A stretch of 64,000 nt of DNA from Mariniblastus sp. (GTDB lineage Bacteria > Planctomycetota > Planctomycetia > Pirellulales > Pirellulaceae), in NCBI GenBank assembly GCA_029251085.1, contig JAQXDZ010000039.1:564-64563 (forward strand), in the 5' to 3' direction. Below, in pieces: positions 40,343 through 50,427 of this stretch (position 1 is the first letter of the stretch; the number at the start of each line of letters is the position of its first letter). The position numbers were made by a program, and so were the translations under genes. Below the pieces are notes generated by a model, which was given only the letters and a program-made list of their open reading frames with translations, had not been told where the DNA came from and did not search any database.

Positions 40343-40906
40343 TTAATCAAGAAATTCAACGCGCCCGCTTTCAAAGTGGTACACCCATCCTTCAAGCTCT
40401 AATTCGTTAGCAGCAACCGCTTTTGAAACCGAGGGAAACTCGAGCAAATGTTCCAGTTGCAGTTTGACATTCTCTTTAATTCCATCGTTAAGCGTCGACG
40501 TATCTGACTCCAAACGATCGAGGACTTCCGCACTCTTGCCGACCCATGCTTTTATTTCGGGAAGTTCATTCAGCGAGTCCAAATTCATGAGCCCCGTGAC
40601 CGCGCCGCAATGGGAATGCCCACACACGACAACTCGCTTGACCTTCAGCACATCAATCGCGTAGAGAATCGTTGCCTCTACCGATAACTCTCCCGTTCCG
40701 GGTTTGGGAACAATATTTCCCGCGTTGCGGATGACGAACAGTTCTCCGGGCTCGGTTTGGGTCATTAAACTTGGGTCGATCCGAGAATCCGAGCAGGTAA
40801 TAAAGAGTGTTTCGGGAGATTGACCTTTCTCAAGTTCCCTAAACTTCTCCTCCATTGCTGGAAAACGCTCACTGTTAAATTTCTCTATACCGGCAGACAA
40901 AGTCAT
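40343..40906 (-). CDS. Beta-class carbonic anhydrase
   Basis: 187-aa ORF with the Zn-ligand motifs CSDSR and GHSHCGAV. Confidence 0.92.
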   Translation of the reverse strand: MTLSAGIEKFNSERFPAMEEKFRELEKGQSPETLFITCSDSRIDPSLMTQTEPGELFVIRNAGNIVPKPGTGELSVEATILYAIDVLKVKRVVVCGHSHCGAVTGLMNLDSLNELPEIKAWVGKSAEVLDRLESDTSTLNDGIKENVKLQLEHLLEFPSVSKAVAANELELEGWVYHFESGRVEFLD

Positions 40907-41050
40907 ATTTTTTCTCGCACTTAAAAACGTAAAATCAATTTAGAAATCAAAGCAACTAAAAAGTGCGCGCTAATCGGAATCTAACCGGCTTGTTTAGTCG
41001 TCAACGACGAGATGTGCCCGAACGATTCTCAAAAACCGCGCAAACTCACG

Positions 41051-41359
41051 TTAAAGTCTGAGATAAGTGCCCAGGCCATTGATCGCGGAACGCTCCGAGC
41101 ACAACACGTATGTTGGTGAAGCCGCAAAACATCGAGACGGAGCGAATTCGAGTGGGCGAAAGAATGAAAACACGTAACGAGACGACGCTAAAACGTCGTC
41201 ATCCTCGCGAGCCGAAAGCAATTCGACTTCCTGGGTCACGGTTTCGTGAGCACACTCCTCGAACGAATGGAAACCACTGCAACAAAAGGCTAGCGTAATC
41301 AGCGCAAAAATTGCGCCGAGATTTTTTACCCTTGAAAAGTTGTCAGAGATTGATTTCAT
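41051..41359 (-). CDS. Hypothetical small secreted protein (weak call)
   Basis: Track ORF 41051..41455. The internal ATG at 41359 gives MKSISDNFSRVKNLGAIFALITLAFCCSG, which is signal-like. I recognise no family and the composition is not strongly protein-like. Confidence 0.3.
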   Translation of the reverse strand: MKSISDNFSRVKNLGAIFALITLAFCCSGFHSFEECAHETVTQEVELLSAREDDDVLASSRYVFSFFRPLEFAPSRCFAASPTYVLCSERSAINGLGTYLRL

Positions 41360-41631
41360 GTTTGGTCTAACCGAAGTGCTGATCTTTTTACAACAATCGT
41401 CTTCAAAAGAAAAGTTGACTTTATCGCTTCGTCTAAAGTACGTTTCCGATTGCACAAAATCACTAAAAACCGGATCATTAAACAGCTATTTTCACGGTTA
41501 CGTTGGCTCCATTACCGCCACAGCACGGCGGCATGAAGATTCCTACACAAATCACTCCTATGCTGGCATGTCTTCTCAATGATTTTCCTTTTCAATCAAA
41601 CACAGCCGGCACGACAACAGACTCGAGGCGC

Positions 41632-41668
41632 AATAAAAAAACCCGTCAATTGTATTCAATTGACGGGT
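41632..41668 (-). terminator. Intrinsic terminator downstream of tRNA-Ser
   Basis: ACCCGTCAATTG (41641-41652) and CAATTGACGGGT (41657-41668) form a perfect 12-bp stem with a 4-nt loop. On the minus strand the stem is followed by TTTTTTTATT. It lies 8 nt after the tRNA 3' end. Confidence 0.75.
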
Positions 41669-41675
41669 TCAACAG

Positions 41676-41764
41676 CGGAAGAGACAGGATTCGAACCTGC
41701 GGAACGATTTGACTCGTTCACCTAATTAGCAATCAGGCGCTTTCGACCACTCAGCCACTCTTCC
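41676..41764 (-). tRNA. tRNA-Ser (anticodon GCU)
   Basis: The reverse complement is GGAAGAG-TG-GCT-GAGTGGTCGAA-AGC-G-CCTGA-TTGCTAA-TTAGG, then a long variable arm (GAACGA-gtcaaa-TCGTTC), then GCAGG-TTCGAAT-CCTGT-CTCTTCC-G. CCA is not encoded. Confidence 0.95.
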
Positions 41765-41948
41765 ATATCAGCTATTCTCGAAGCGGCAAAGCCTCGCTGC
41801 TTCGAACCCAGATTCTCTAAAGATCCACCATTTCTTTCAAGGTCTGAATGCCCTGAAAATGGAAAACGCGAAGCATTTTACAACGAATTTTCCAGTTACG
41901 GTCAGTCGATGGATCGCAAACCCCAACTTATACAACTTTACCAGCCAT

Positions 41949-42452
41949 TTATCGGTCTGTAGGAGACGCGAGCATGAGTTGCCAAACGCCGACATCAATC
42001 CATTGGTCAAATTTAAAGCCCACCTCCCGATGATGTCCAACGGGCCGGAAACCAAATTTTTCATGCATCCGCACGCTTTGTTCATTCGGCAATGCAATTA
42101 GCCCCAGCACTGTTTTAAAATCGTTTTCAGCCAATTCCTCGAATAATTTTCGATAAAGCTGGCTTCCAATGCCCGAACCCATTCGGGCTTGGTCGACATA
42201 AACTGCGCTTTCCACGGTAAACCGATAGGCCGCTCGCGTCCTCCAAGGGGTTGCGTAGGCGTATCCAGCGACCCGCCCGTCAACCTCGTAAACCAACCAT
42301 GGATAATTCCGCGAGGTAAGGTCATCGATCCTCGCAGAAAGATCCAGCGCCGTCAGACAGCTTTCTTCGAAAGTTATCGTCGTGTGCTCAATGTAGTGGT
42401 TGTAAATTGCCGCTATCTCACCGGCATCTTGGAGTGTCACTTGCCTAATCAT
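41949..42452 (-). CDS. GNAT N-acetyltransferase, phosphinothricin/methionine-sulfoximine acetyltransferase (PAT)-like
   Basis: Track ORF 41949..42464 starts at GTG. The ATG at 42452 gives MIRQVTLQDAGEIAAIYNHYIEHTTITFEE, a typical PAT-family N-terminus. The acetyl-CoA region is QARMGSGIGSQLY. Confidence 0.85.
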   Translation of the reverse strand: MIRQVTLQDAGEIAAIYNHYIEHTTITFEESCLTALDLSARIDDLTSRNYPWLVYEVDGRVAGYAYATPWRTRAAYRFTVESAVYVDQARMGSGIGSQLYRKLFEELAENDFKTVLGLIALPNEQSVRMHEKFGFRPVGHHREVGFKFDQWIDVGVWQLMLASPTDR

Positions 42453-42463
42453 GGTTGTGACCA

Positions 42464-44545
42464 CTATTTCCCGAGTTGATCCGCAAGTGAATCAGCCCCA
42501 TAAATATTTCGAATCGCATCCCGAATCGCATTCGAATGAACACTGGTTGAGCGTCCCTGGCGGTCGCTGTAAAGATAATCAGCCGTAAGTGATTGAATGT
42601 TGCCATCAAAAATTAGTCCGACTAGTTCCATCTTTTCGTTAATGACAGGACTACCAGAATTTCCACCGATGATGTCGGCTGTGCAAACAAAGTTGTACGG
42701 CGTAGCGAGGTCGATCTTTTTTGCATCGCGAGCCACGTGCCAACTCTTTGGAAGGTCGAAATATTCCTGTCCAGCATGGGCGGCTTCGTGTTGGAAGGCT
42801 CCACCAAAGTTCGTCATCGAAGGGATTTCTTTCCCCTTTTCGGTGTATCCTAGAACAGGTCCAAATGCCAAACGCAAGCTAAACGTTGCGTCGGGATACG
42901 TCGAAGTTCCTTGAGTCGCAAACTGAGCCTCGGCAATTTGAGCGTAGGCTTGTCGCTCGATTTCAGCCAATTCATCGCCCGCCAACTGCTCCGCCCGAAC
43001 TTCTGAATCCACCATTCGCGCCAATTGGATAAGCGGATCGGTCGACGCTTCAATGGCTTTTGAGCCTCCTGCGGCCAACGTTTTTCGAAACTCTGGATCG
43101 TCCAGTTTCGTGCCGCTAATTAGTTCTTCTCCACGATCGATGGGGCTTTTCCCAGCAAGGATTTTTTGGCAAAGCTCGTCATCGCCGCCACGCCTTTCAA
43201 CCATTCGGCTGATCAGATCCGAAATAATTACCTGCTCGAGATCCTTGTAAACCGGAGCCGTTGAGAACAACTGCTGTTCCAAAGAAGCACGATTTGAATC
43301 CCGGTAAGCCGGCATACGTTCCGCTGATGGCTTTTTATCTTCCTCGGCCATCTGAACTAACTGCTGGGCCAGATTGAATAACTGCTCATTCAAATTGACT
43401 CCCATTCCTTGTGTCGCTGCTCTTCGCTTTTGGACATCGGCAATTTTCTCCCAAGCACCCGCGTATTTGCGAAGTTTTGGATCTGCCTCGATCTTAGCCA
43501 GCAGATTGGCTTCTGCTTGCTCTTTAGCACTCATTACAGCGGGGTCTTGGAGCCCCTGCAACATTCCCATTCGTGCTTTTCTTGCATTCTGGAATCCGAA
43601 CAAACCATCGTGTGCACGTCGGGCAGATTCTTTGCCTTGAAGGGCAAACTGCTGAAGCAGAACCTCACGTCGACGAATGAAGTCAAGAATATAAGGCAGG
43701 CGAACGTCCCGTTGATGCTTCAGCGCCGCGACCGTGAAAATTCGGCTGGTCCGACCCGGGTTACCCGCAACAAAAACTAACTCTTTGTCGGCAGGCCCAT
43801 TCGGAGACCATTTGAGAAAATGCTCGATCTTGGCTGGTTTTCCATCTTCGTACACTCTGAAAATACAGGCGTCCAAGCAATACCGAGGATACTCGAAATT
43901 GTCAGCGTCACCGCCGAAAAACGCCGCGTTGGCTTCCGGTGACCAAACAAGGCGAACGTCCGTGTATTTTTTATATTGGTAAAGGTGATAACGCCCCCCG
44001 CCGTATAATGTCACGACGTTCGAACGTAGACCCGATTCATCAGTGGCTTGCTTTTCAATATTTGCAATCGCCGCCCGCCGTGCTTTCGCAGCCTCCGCTG
44101 CCGACAACCCCGGGGTAACCGCTGCGTTTACCTGTGCCGTCACGTCCTTAATGTTGAGCAGCTGGTTTAGCTCGAGATCAGGGGCTTTTAGTTCTTCACC
44201 GAAATTTTTGGCCAGGAAACCGTCGTTGTAATAATCGTTTTCCTCATTAGACAGTTTAAAAAGCGTATCAGACCCAACGTGATGGTTGGTGAGCACTAAA
44301 CCATTACTGGAAATAAACGAAGCTGAGCCACCGACATTGAATCGAACACATGATTTCATGACGTGCTCCGACCACTCTGGAGTCGGAGTGAAACCGTACT
44401 TATCTTTTAGATGCTTGATCGGCAGATCGTTAAACAGCCACATTCCTTCGTCGGCGACCAAGGTTCCCATCAACAAGGGAAGCATCGCAAGTGCAATCGA
44501 AACGCGGGTTAGCGTGCTCATAAAATCGGGAATCCCAAAGTTCAT
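42464..44545 (-). CDS. S46 family serine peptidase (dipeptidyl-peptidase 7/11-like), secreted
   Basis: Track ORF 42464..44677. ATG 44545 or 44521 gives a signal peptide ending ...LLMGTLVA, followed by the S46 N-terminal motif DEGMW. The catalytic-Ser motif is IIGGNSGSPV. Confidence 0.88.
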   Translation of the reverse strand: MNFGIPDFMSTLTRVSIALAMLPLLMGTLVADEGMWLFNDLPIKHLKDKYGFTPTPEWSEHVMKSCVRFNVGGSASFISSNGLVLTNHHVGSDTLFKLSNEENDYYNDGFLAKNFGEELKAPDLELNQLLNIKDVTAQVNAAVTPGLSAAEAAKARRAAIANIEKQATDESGLRSNVVTLYGGGRYHLYQYKKYTDVRLVWSPEANAAFFGGDADNFEYPRYCLDACIFRVYEDGKPAKIEHFLKWSPNGPADKELVFVAGNPGRTSRIFTVAALKHQRDVRLPYILDFIRRREVLLQQFALQGKESARRAHDGLFGFQNARKARMGMLQGLQDPAVMSAKEQAEANLLAKIEADPKLRKYAGAWEKIADVQKRRAATQGMGVNLNEQLFNLAQQLVQMAEEDKKPSAERMPAYRDSNRASLEQQLFSTAPVYKDLEQVIISDLISRMVERRGGDDELCQKILAGKSPIDRGEELISGTKLDDPEFRKTLAAGGSKAIEASTDPLIQLARMVDSEVRAEQLAGDELAEIERQAYAQIAEAQFATQGTSTYPDATFSLRLAFGPVLGYTEKGKEIPSMTNFGGAFQHEAAHAGQEYFDLPKSWHVARDAKKIDLATPYNFVCTADIIGGNSGSPVINEKMELVGLIFDGNIQSLTADYLYSDRQGRSTSVHSNAIRDAIRNIYGADSLADQLGK

Positions 44546-44746
44546 CTGTCTGCCTTTCGCTACAAGTAACCTAGAAGTTTGCATCTTATCCGTGACCCAA
44601 AAACGCCGCAACCGATTTGGTCCGACGCGGGTTTGTTTAAAACACAGATTGACCAATAAGTTTAACCCAACACGCACTTTAACCGAAATCTTTCATCGGC
44701 GAGCATTCAAATGTTGGTCGTTCCGTGTTTCAGCGAACCAAGTTAA

Positions 44747-46789
44747 TCAAAGAGAATTAACCTTAGCCACAATTCCGTCGGCTGTGATGCCGAAGTGTTC
44801 GTACAGTAACTCAGCGGGGGCTGAGGCGCCGAATGAATCCATTCCAACGAAAGCTCCACCTGCGCCAAGGTATCGCTCCCAGCCCATTTTTATTCCTGCC
44901 TCAACTGCGACGCGGCGACTCACGGCAGACGGCAACACCGACTCCCGATATTCCGCCGATTGCTCATCAAACAGTTCCCAACAGGGCATACTGACAACTC
45001 TCGCTTTGGTTCCTTCGGCGGCCAGTTTTTCCGCCGCCTCCAGGCAATATTGAACTTCGCTTCCCGTGCCCATGAGGATTACGTCCGGCGTGCCATCGGT
45101 ATCGAGTAGCGTATAGCCGCCCCGGGTCGCACCTTCGGCACTTTGATAATGGGAGCGATCTAATGTCGGCAAGTTTTGCCGACTAAGCACTAACACCGAT
45201 GGTCGTTTTGAATCTGCCAAAGCAGCGTGATAACATTGCGCAACTTCGTTGGCGTCTCCCGGTCGCATTACCAGCACATTCGGAATCGCGCGACAGGCCG
45301 CCAAATGCTCAACTGGTTGGTGAGTTGGGCCATCCTCTCCCAATCCAATCGAATCGTGCGTCATGATGTACATGACCGGTTGGTGCATGATGCTGCTTAA
45401 CCGAAGCGACGGACGGAGGTAATCCGTAAATACGAAGAACGTTGCTACGTAGGGGCGAATACCACACAGCGACATTCCATTGCCGATGGCGGCCATCGCG
45501 TGCTCTCGAATTCCAAAATGGAAATTCTTACCACTGAAATCAGAACCGCTAAAGTGCCCGGCAGCGGGATCGTCATTGTTCGATTTGTTAGACCCCGCAA
45601 GGTCGGCCGATCCGCCAATAAAGTTTGGTACCGCGGAAGCCACGGCATTTAAAACTTTACCCGATGAAACGCGGGTCGCCATTCCTTTGGAATCGGTCTC
45701 GAATTCAGGGATTGACGTTTCCCAACCTTCGGGAAGTTTACCGGCAAACAAGGTTTCTAATTCCTTGAATTCGGTCGGAAACGCCTCTGCGTAAGACGCG
45801 TATTTCTCAGTCCATTGAGCGTGAGCACTGCCGCCTCTTCCACCCAATTTCGCTCTAAAATCATCAGTGGCTTCGACCGGAACTGCAAACTTTTCATGTT
45901 TCCATCCATAGTTCTCTTTCGCTAACGCGATCTCTTCCTCACCCAGCGGCGATCCATGAGCCCCGGAAGTATCTTGTTTGTTAGGCGCCCCAAAACCAAT
46001 GATACTCTTTAATACAATCAAGGTTGGGCGGTCGTCTGTTTCTAAAAACTTGGCATAGGCAGCGTCTAAACTAGCCATGTCATTGGCGTCGGTTACCGTG
46101 ATTACTTGCCAACCTAGGCTTTCAAATCGTGCAGGAACGTCTTCGCTAAATGCCAATTCCGTTCGACCTTCGATTGTGATTTCATTGTCGTCATAGACCC
46201 AGCACAGGTTTGACAACTTCAGATGCCCGGCCAGCGACGCCGCCTCGCAACCAATGCCTTCCATCACATCACCGTCACTGCAAATTGCATAGGTATTAAA
46301 ACCAAACAGCTCGAAACCTGGCCTGTCGTATGTCGCTGCCAACCATTTTCCAGCGATCGCCATACCGACGCTGTTGCCCAAACCTTGCCCCAATGGGCCC
46401 GTGGTGGTCTCGATACCCGCGGCGTACCCGTATTCAGGGTGCCCAGCACAAGGACTTGTGATTTGTCGAAAGTTCTTGATGTCGTCTAACGAGATTGCCA
46501 ATCCATCTGTTGGGTTTCCGGACTCGTCCGTTTTGGCAACACCGGCAAGGTGGATCAGCGAGTAAAGCAACATGGAAGCGTGCCCACAGGAAAGCACAAA
46601 ACGATCACGGGCAACCCAATTCGGATTGGCTGGATCATAATTCAGGAAATTTGACCACAGTGAATAGGCAACAGGAGCCAAAGCCATGGGTGTACCCGGA
46701 TGGCCGCTGTTGGCCGCCTGGACAGCATCCATGGAAAGGGTGCGGATCGTATCTATTGTTATTTCCTGAACATCAGTTGATGCTGTCAT
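44747..46789 (-). CDS. tkt: Transketolase
   Basis: 680-aa ORF. Motifs are AANSGHPGTPMALAPVAY, the TPP-binding region ICSDGDVMEGI and THDSIGLGEDGPTHQPVEHL. Confidence 0.97.
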   Translation of the reverse strand: MTASTDVQEITIDTIRTLSMDAVQAANSGHPGTPMALAPVAYSLWSNFLNYDPANPNWVARDRFVLSCGHASMLLYSLIHLAGVAKTDESGNPTDGLAISLDDIKNFRQITSPCAGHPEYGYAAGIETTTGPLGQGLGNSVGMAIAGKWLAATYDRPGFELFGFNTYAICSDGDVMEGIGCEAASLAGHLKLSNLCWVYDDNEITIEGRTELAFSEDVPARFESLGWQVITVTDANDMASLDAAYAKFLETDDRPTLIVLKSIIGFGAPNKQDTSGAHGSPLGEEEIALAKENYGWKHEKFAVPVEATDDFRAKLGGRGGSAHAQWTEKYASYAEAFPTEFKELETLFAGKLPEGWETSIPEFETDSKGMATRVSSGKVLNAVASAVPNFIGGSADLAGSNKSNNDDPAAGHFSGSDFSGKNFHFGIREHAMAAIGNGMSLCGIRPYVATFFVFTDYLRPSLRLSSIMHQPVMYIMTHDSIGLGEDGPTHQPVEHLAACRAIPNVLVMRPGDANEVAQCYHAALADSKRPSVLVLSRQNLPTLDRSHYQSAEGATRGGYTLLDTDGTPDVILMGTGSEVQYCLEAAEKLAAEGTKARVVSMPCWELFDEQSAEYRESVLPSAVSRRVAVEAGIKMGWERYLGAGGAFVGMDSFGASAPAELLYEHFGITADGIVAKVNSL

Positions 46790-47225
46790 CTTTGAGTCCT
46801 TATTGCGTTTTAGTCAACGCGAAGCTGTAGGGGCGTTTTTTATTCGGCGTCTACTTAAGCCAGATTGTCTAATAATATTCGTTCTCAGGCGTCTCAATTT
46901 TGAAATGCCCCGATTCGATCCATCCGTCAGGCCTACCAAACGCCTAAATCGCGATATTCCGGGAGCAGCAAAGTGTTTCGACACGCCGAAACTTCGCCAA
47001 TTCTAGCCTTCGATCCCGTTTTATGTTAGCTGTCAGACCAACAATTTATCGGCAAGCGGAACCTACGGTCAACCTATTCGGGTACCTGATAAATTTATGG
47101 GGTAATGGTGAAAATCTATATTCCAATCCTCCCTACAACCGACCGACTAAAATTGCCCAACCTAAGTCGGTCAAAATGGGTGGTGGGGCCGATCGTTCAA
47201 AATCAGGTGGGAATTTACTTTGCTT

Positions 47226-47254
47226 TTGACGTATTTTAGGCAAAAGACTAGAAT
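47226..47254 (+). promoter_or_regulatory. Candidate sigma70-type promoter
   Basis: TTGACG (47226-47231), a 17-nt spacer, then TAGAAT (47249-47254). It lies 31 nt upstream of the ATG at 47285. Confidence 0.4.
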
Positions 47255-47284
47255 ACAAGGGACATAACTAATAAGGGTAGCACG

Positions 47285-48442
47285 ATGAGACGACCAATTG
47301 GAAATCGCGGCAGCCAAGGAAAATCTCCGGCAACGCCTCCGACTCAGACTTCCAACTCAGGAGAAATCGATCGGCGATCTTTTCACCGCCTCGCCGCTGC
47401 CGGCCTTGGCGCGTTGGCGATCCCAGTGATTCCAGGGGCCGCGACACCACCGTGGCCGAGGGATCGAAAAGATTCAAAGACAGAAAAATCACCCGCCGAG
47501 CTCGTAGCTCCCGCGCGAAAATCTATCGATAAAGGTCTCGATTTCTTACTTCGCAGCCAAGTCAAATCTGGTCGTAACCGAGGAGCATTTAGTAACAGCG
47601 GAATTTCTTCCGGCGTAGCCACAGCCTCGTTGGGCGGACTGGCCATGATGTGCGGCGGACATATGCCCGGGTTGGGCAAGTTCGGAAAATCGATCGACAT
47701 GTGCGTCGAGTATGTTTTGAAAAATGTTCGAGAAACCGGATACATCGCAACACGCGACGGTGGAGCGAGAGAAAACATGTACGGCCATGGCTTCAGCATG
47801 TTATTTCTTTCCCAGGCCTATGGGATGACGCGGAAACGTGAGATTGGCGACAAGCTACGCAAGGCTGTCGAGCTAACCTGTAACAGTCAAAACAACCAAG
47901 GCGGATGGCGTTACCAACCCACCAAGAGCGACGCTGATCTCTCCATCACGGTTTGCCAAATCATGGGCTTACGAGGGGCTCGGGATGCGGGAATTGATGT
48001 CCCGGACGAAGTTCGAAAAAAATGTATCGAATACGTCAAAAAAAGCCAAAACCCAAACGGAAGTTTCCGCTACACCATGCAAGGCGGACACACGACGTTC
48101 GCGATGACCGCTGCCGGCGTCACCTCGCTGTACAGCGCTGGAATTTACGAAGGCGAACAGGTTGAAAAGGCGATCGCCTATTTAATGAAGTTCAAACCAA
48201 ATGGTGCCCAGCAAGGTGGCGGCCATTACTTCTACTCCAACTATTACGCCGTTCAGGCGATGTGGCATGCCGGAGGCAAACCCTGGGACGAGTGGTATCC
48301 ACTTATCAGAAACCAGTTGATGAAGAACCAAACGGCAGAAGGTTCTTGGCGTTCCAGTGAAGCCGGTGCTGAATTTGGAGCGGCGATGGGATGTATCATC
48401 CTCCAAATGCCACTCAATTACGTTCCAGTATTTTCCCCGTAA
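47285..48442 (+). CDS. Prenyltransferase/squalene-oxidase (terpene cyclase) repeat protein with twin-arginine-like signal
   Basis: 385-aa ORF. RRSFHRLAAAGLGALA resembles a TAT signal. Repeated QxxxGxW/F motifs are present: QNNQGGWRY, QNPNGSFRY and QTAEGSWRS. Confidence 0.8.
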   Translation: MRRPIGNRGSQGKSPATPPTQTSNSGEIDRRSFHRLAAAGLGALAIPVIPGAATPPWPRDRKDSKTEKSPAELVAPARKSIDKGLDFLLRSQVKSGRNRGAFSNSGISSGVATASLGGLAMMCGGHMPGLGKFGKSIDMCVEYVLKNVRETGYIATRDGGARENMYGHGFSMLFLSQAYGMTRKREIGDKLRKAVELTCNSQNNQGGWRYQPTKSDADLSITVCQIMGLRGARDAGIDVPDEVRKKCIEYVKKSQNPNGSFRYTMQGGHTTFAMTAAGVTSLYSAGIYEGEQVEKAIAYLMKFKPNGAQQGGGHYFYSNYYAVQAMWHAGGKPWDEWYPLIRNQLMKNQTAEGSWRSSEAGAEFGAAMGCIILQMPLNYVPVFSP

Positions 48443-48565
48443 TTAATTGGCCTCTTCGTTATTCAATTACCTAAAACGGATGACCGACCTCCCGTTGGCC
48501 AGCGGCAGTTGCCCTGACCATTCAATTTCTGGTCGGCTAAACCATTAACCCAAAATTATATAGCT

Positions 48566-49969
48566 ATGCAAAATAAACAAAAACTTTCGCGTCGAAAATT
48601 TGTCCAGGGAACCCTTGCGGCCGGTTTGGCGACAGGCGGCTTCCTATCAACCCAACGCGTTTTCGGTTTTAACTCACCTAACGATCGTCCGGTATTCGCA
48701 ACCATTGGACTGCGGAACCAAGGTGTCGCAATCACCAACAAATCGACAAAGTTTGCCGATTTTGCTGCGTTGGCAGACGTGGATTCTAAAGTGCTTGGCA
48801 CCAACGTCGTTAACCTGGAAAAGCGTCAGAGTAAAAAACCTGATTCCTACAGTGACTACCGACGTATTTTAGATCGTAAAGACATCGATGCGGTCATGAT
48901 TGCGACGCCAGACCACTGGCATACGAAGATCGCCGTCGAGGCGATGTTGGCCGGTAAGGATGTCTACTGCGAAAAACCTTTAACCTTGACAATCGATGAA
49001 GGAAAGTTGATCGAAAAGATCAAGTCACAAACCGGTCGCACATTCCAAGTCGGAACCATGCAGCGAAGCGAGTGTAACGAGCGGTTCTTGCAAGCCATCG
49101 CGTTGGTTAGGGCCGGCCGCATTGGAAAAGTGAAAAAGGTAACTTGTGGGATTGGCGGTTTCGGCCCCTCCCCTGTCATCCCCGAAGCTCCAGTTCCTGC
49201 AGAGATGGACTGGGACAAATGGCTTGGACCAGCTCCAAAGGTTGCTTACCGGGCGCTTCCAGAAATGCGAAAGGGGTACGGCGGAGGCGTTCCACTTTAT
49301 AGCAACTGTCACTATGCGTTTCGTAATTGGCACGCCTATTCTGGTGGCAAACTAACCGACTGGGGTGCTCATCACGTCGACATCGCTTGCTGGGCACTTT
49401 CTCCCAAAAACAACGGTTCCGACGATCGAGCGTCGGTTCAAATGCGGGCTAAAAAAGTTACGCCCGTCGATTACAAATTCGATGTCGAGTACGACAAGAA
49501 TGGCTATCCACTGGTCGATGATAAGTATGACATCGCAATCCAATACAACATTAAAGTGGACATGCTTGATGGAGTTGAACTTTTAATTACCAACGAAGGT
49601 GATAATGGCATCCTGTTCGAGGGCACCAAAGGAAGGTTCTTCGTAAACCGAGGAAAAATCGTTGGCAAGCCTGTTGAGGATCTGGCTAACAATCCACTCC
49701 CAGCCAACGCCGTTGAAGATGTTTACGGTGGTCCCGTGCCGGAAAACCATACGCTCAATTTCATCGAAGCAATCAATAACAAGGTAGAACCCATCTCGGA
49801 TGTTTGGACCCACAATCAAATGCTAGAAATCTGTCATTTGTCCAATATCGCGATGCGTTTAGGGCGACCACTCGATTGGGACCCTAACAAGCGTGAGGTG
49901 ATTGGTGACAAACAAGCCAACTCATTCCTATCTCGTGAAAACCGAAAAGGTTTCGAAATCAACATGTAA
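48566..49969 (+). CDS. Gfo/Idh/MocA family oxidoreductase with TAT signal
   Basis: 467-aa ORF with the TAT signal SRRKFVQGTLAAGLATGG. The Rossmann part is ATIGLRNQG...DAVMIATPDHWH, and the family motif YCEKPL is present. Confidence 0.88.
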   Translation: MQNKQKLSRRKFVQGTLAAGLATGGFLSTQRVFGFNSPNDRPVFATIGLRNQGVAITNKSTKFADFAALADVDSKVLGTNVVNLEKRQSKKPDSYSDYRRILDRKDIDAVMIATPDHWHTKIAVEAMLAGKDVYCEKPLTLTIDEGKLIEKIKSQTGRTFQVGTMQRSECNERFLQAIALVRAGRIGKVKKVTCGIGGFGPSPVIPEAPVPAEMDWDKWLGPAPKVAYRALPEMRKGYGGGVPLYSNCHYAFRNWHAYSGGKLTDWGAHHVDIACWALSPKNNGSDDRASVQMRAKKVTPVDYKFDVEYDKNGYPLVDDKYDIAIQYNIKVDMLDGVELLITNEGDNGILFEGTKGRFFVNRGKIVGKPVEDLANNPLPANAVEDVYGGPVPENHTLNFIEAINNKVEPISDVWTHNQMLEICHLSNIAMRLGRPLDWDPNKREVIGDKQANSFLSRENRKGFEINM

Positions 49970-50061
49970 TGCTCGATTCCAGTCTAGGGTTGAGATAAGT
50001 AATTTTCGTTTGAGTTATTGATCGAACATTCGAACAAGATTGGTTTCATATCTTTAAACTG

Positions 50062-50092
50062 GCTCTCGGCATTTGCTTGTCGAGAGCTTTTT
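50062..50092 (+). terminator. Intrinsic terminator after the oxidoreductase gene
   Basis: GCTCTCG (50062-50068) pairs with CGAGAGC (50081-50087) around a 12-nt loop, followed by TTTTT. Confidence 0.55.
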
Positions 50093-50427
50093 CGATTTAC
50101 AGACAAATCAACAGCGGCACGTTGGCAAGCGTCACTGTAGGGGTTCGGTTCCCCCCAAGTCCTCTATTCTTCAAAGACAACAATGCAGCACCGAGTCTGA
50201 GCGCTCATTTTTCGAATGCGATTCTGCCAAAACGTTTCCAACGTAAGCATCGCTGAACCTTCGGCGGGGCCCTTCACTCGATCTGCTTTTCAGGAAGAGT
50301 TTGATGCAAATTTTTTTGTAGTCAACGAAGTGTCAGCCGCATCGACATTGCCGAACTGCTAGAATCCGAGTCTCAGATTAAAACCGTTCCGAAAGCAACC
50401 AGCAGAAATTCTTCTTCCGAAAATACC

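Noticed and set aside
44286-45053. 255-aa plus-strand ORF spanning the S46 5' end, the intergenic gap and the tkt 3' end.
   Set aside because: It is antisense to two well-supported genes. Its Ser/Arg/Thr-rich composition is not protein-like and I recognise no family. Its length is typical of stop-depleted antisense frames.
47383-47799. 138-aa minus-strand ORF, and similar ORFs of 126 aa at 22468..22848, 39488..39868 and 58077..58457.
   Set aside because: All are antisense to strongly supported CDS (the prenyltransferase-repeat protein, M24 peptidase, SulP transporter and NqrA) and have no motifs.
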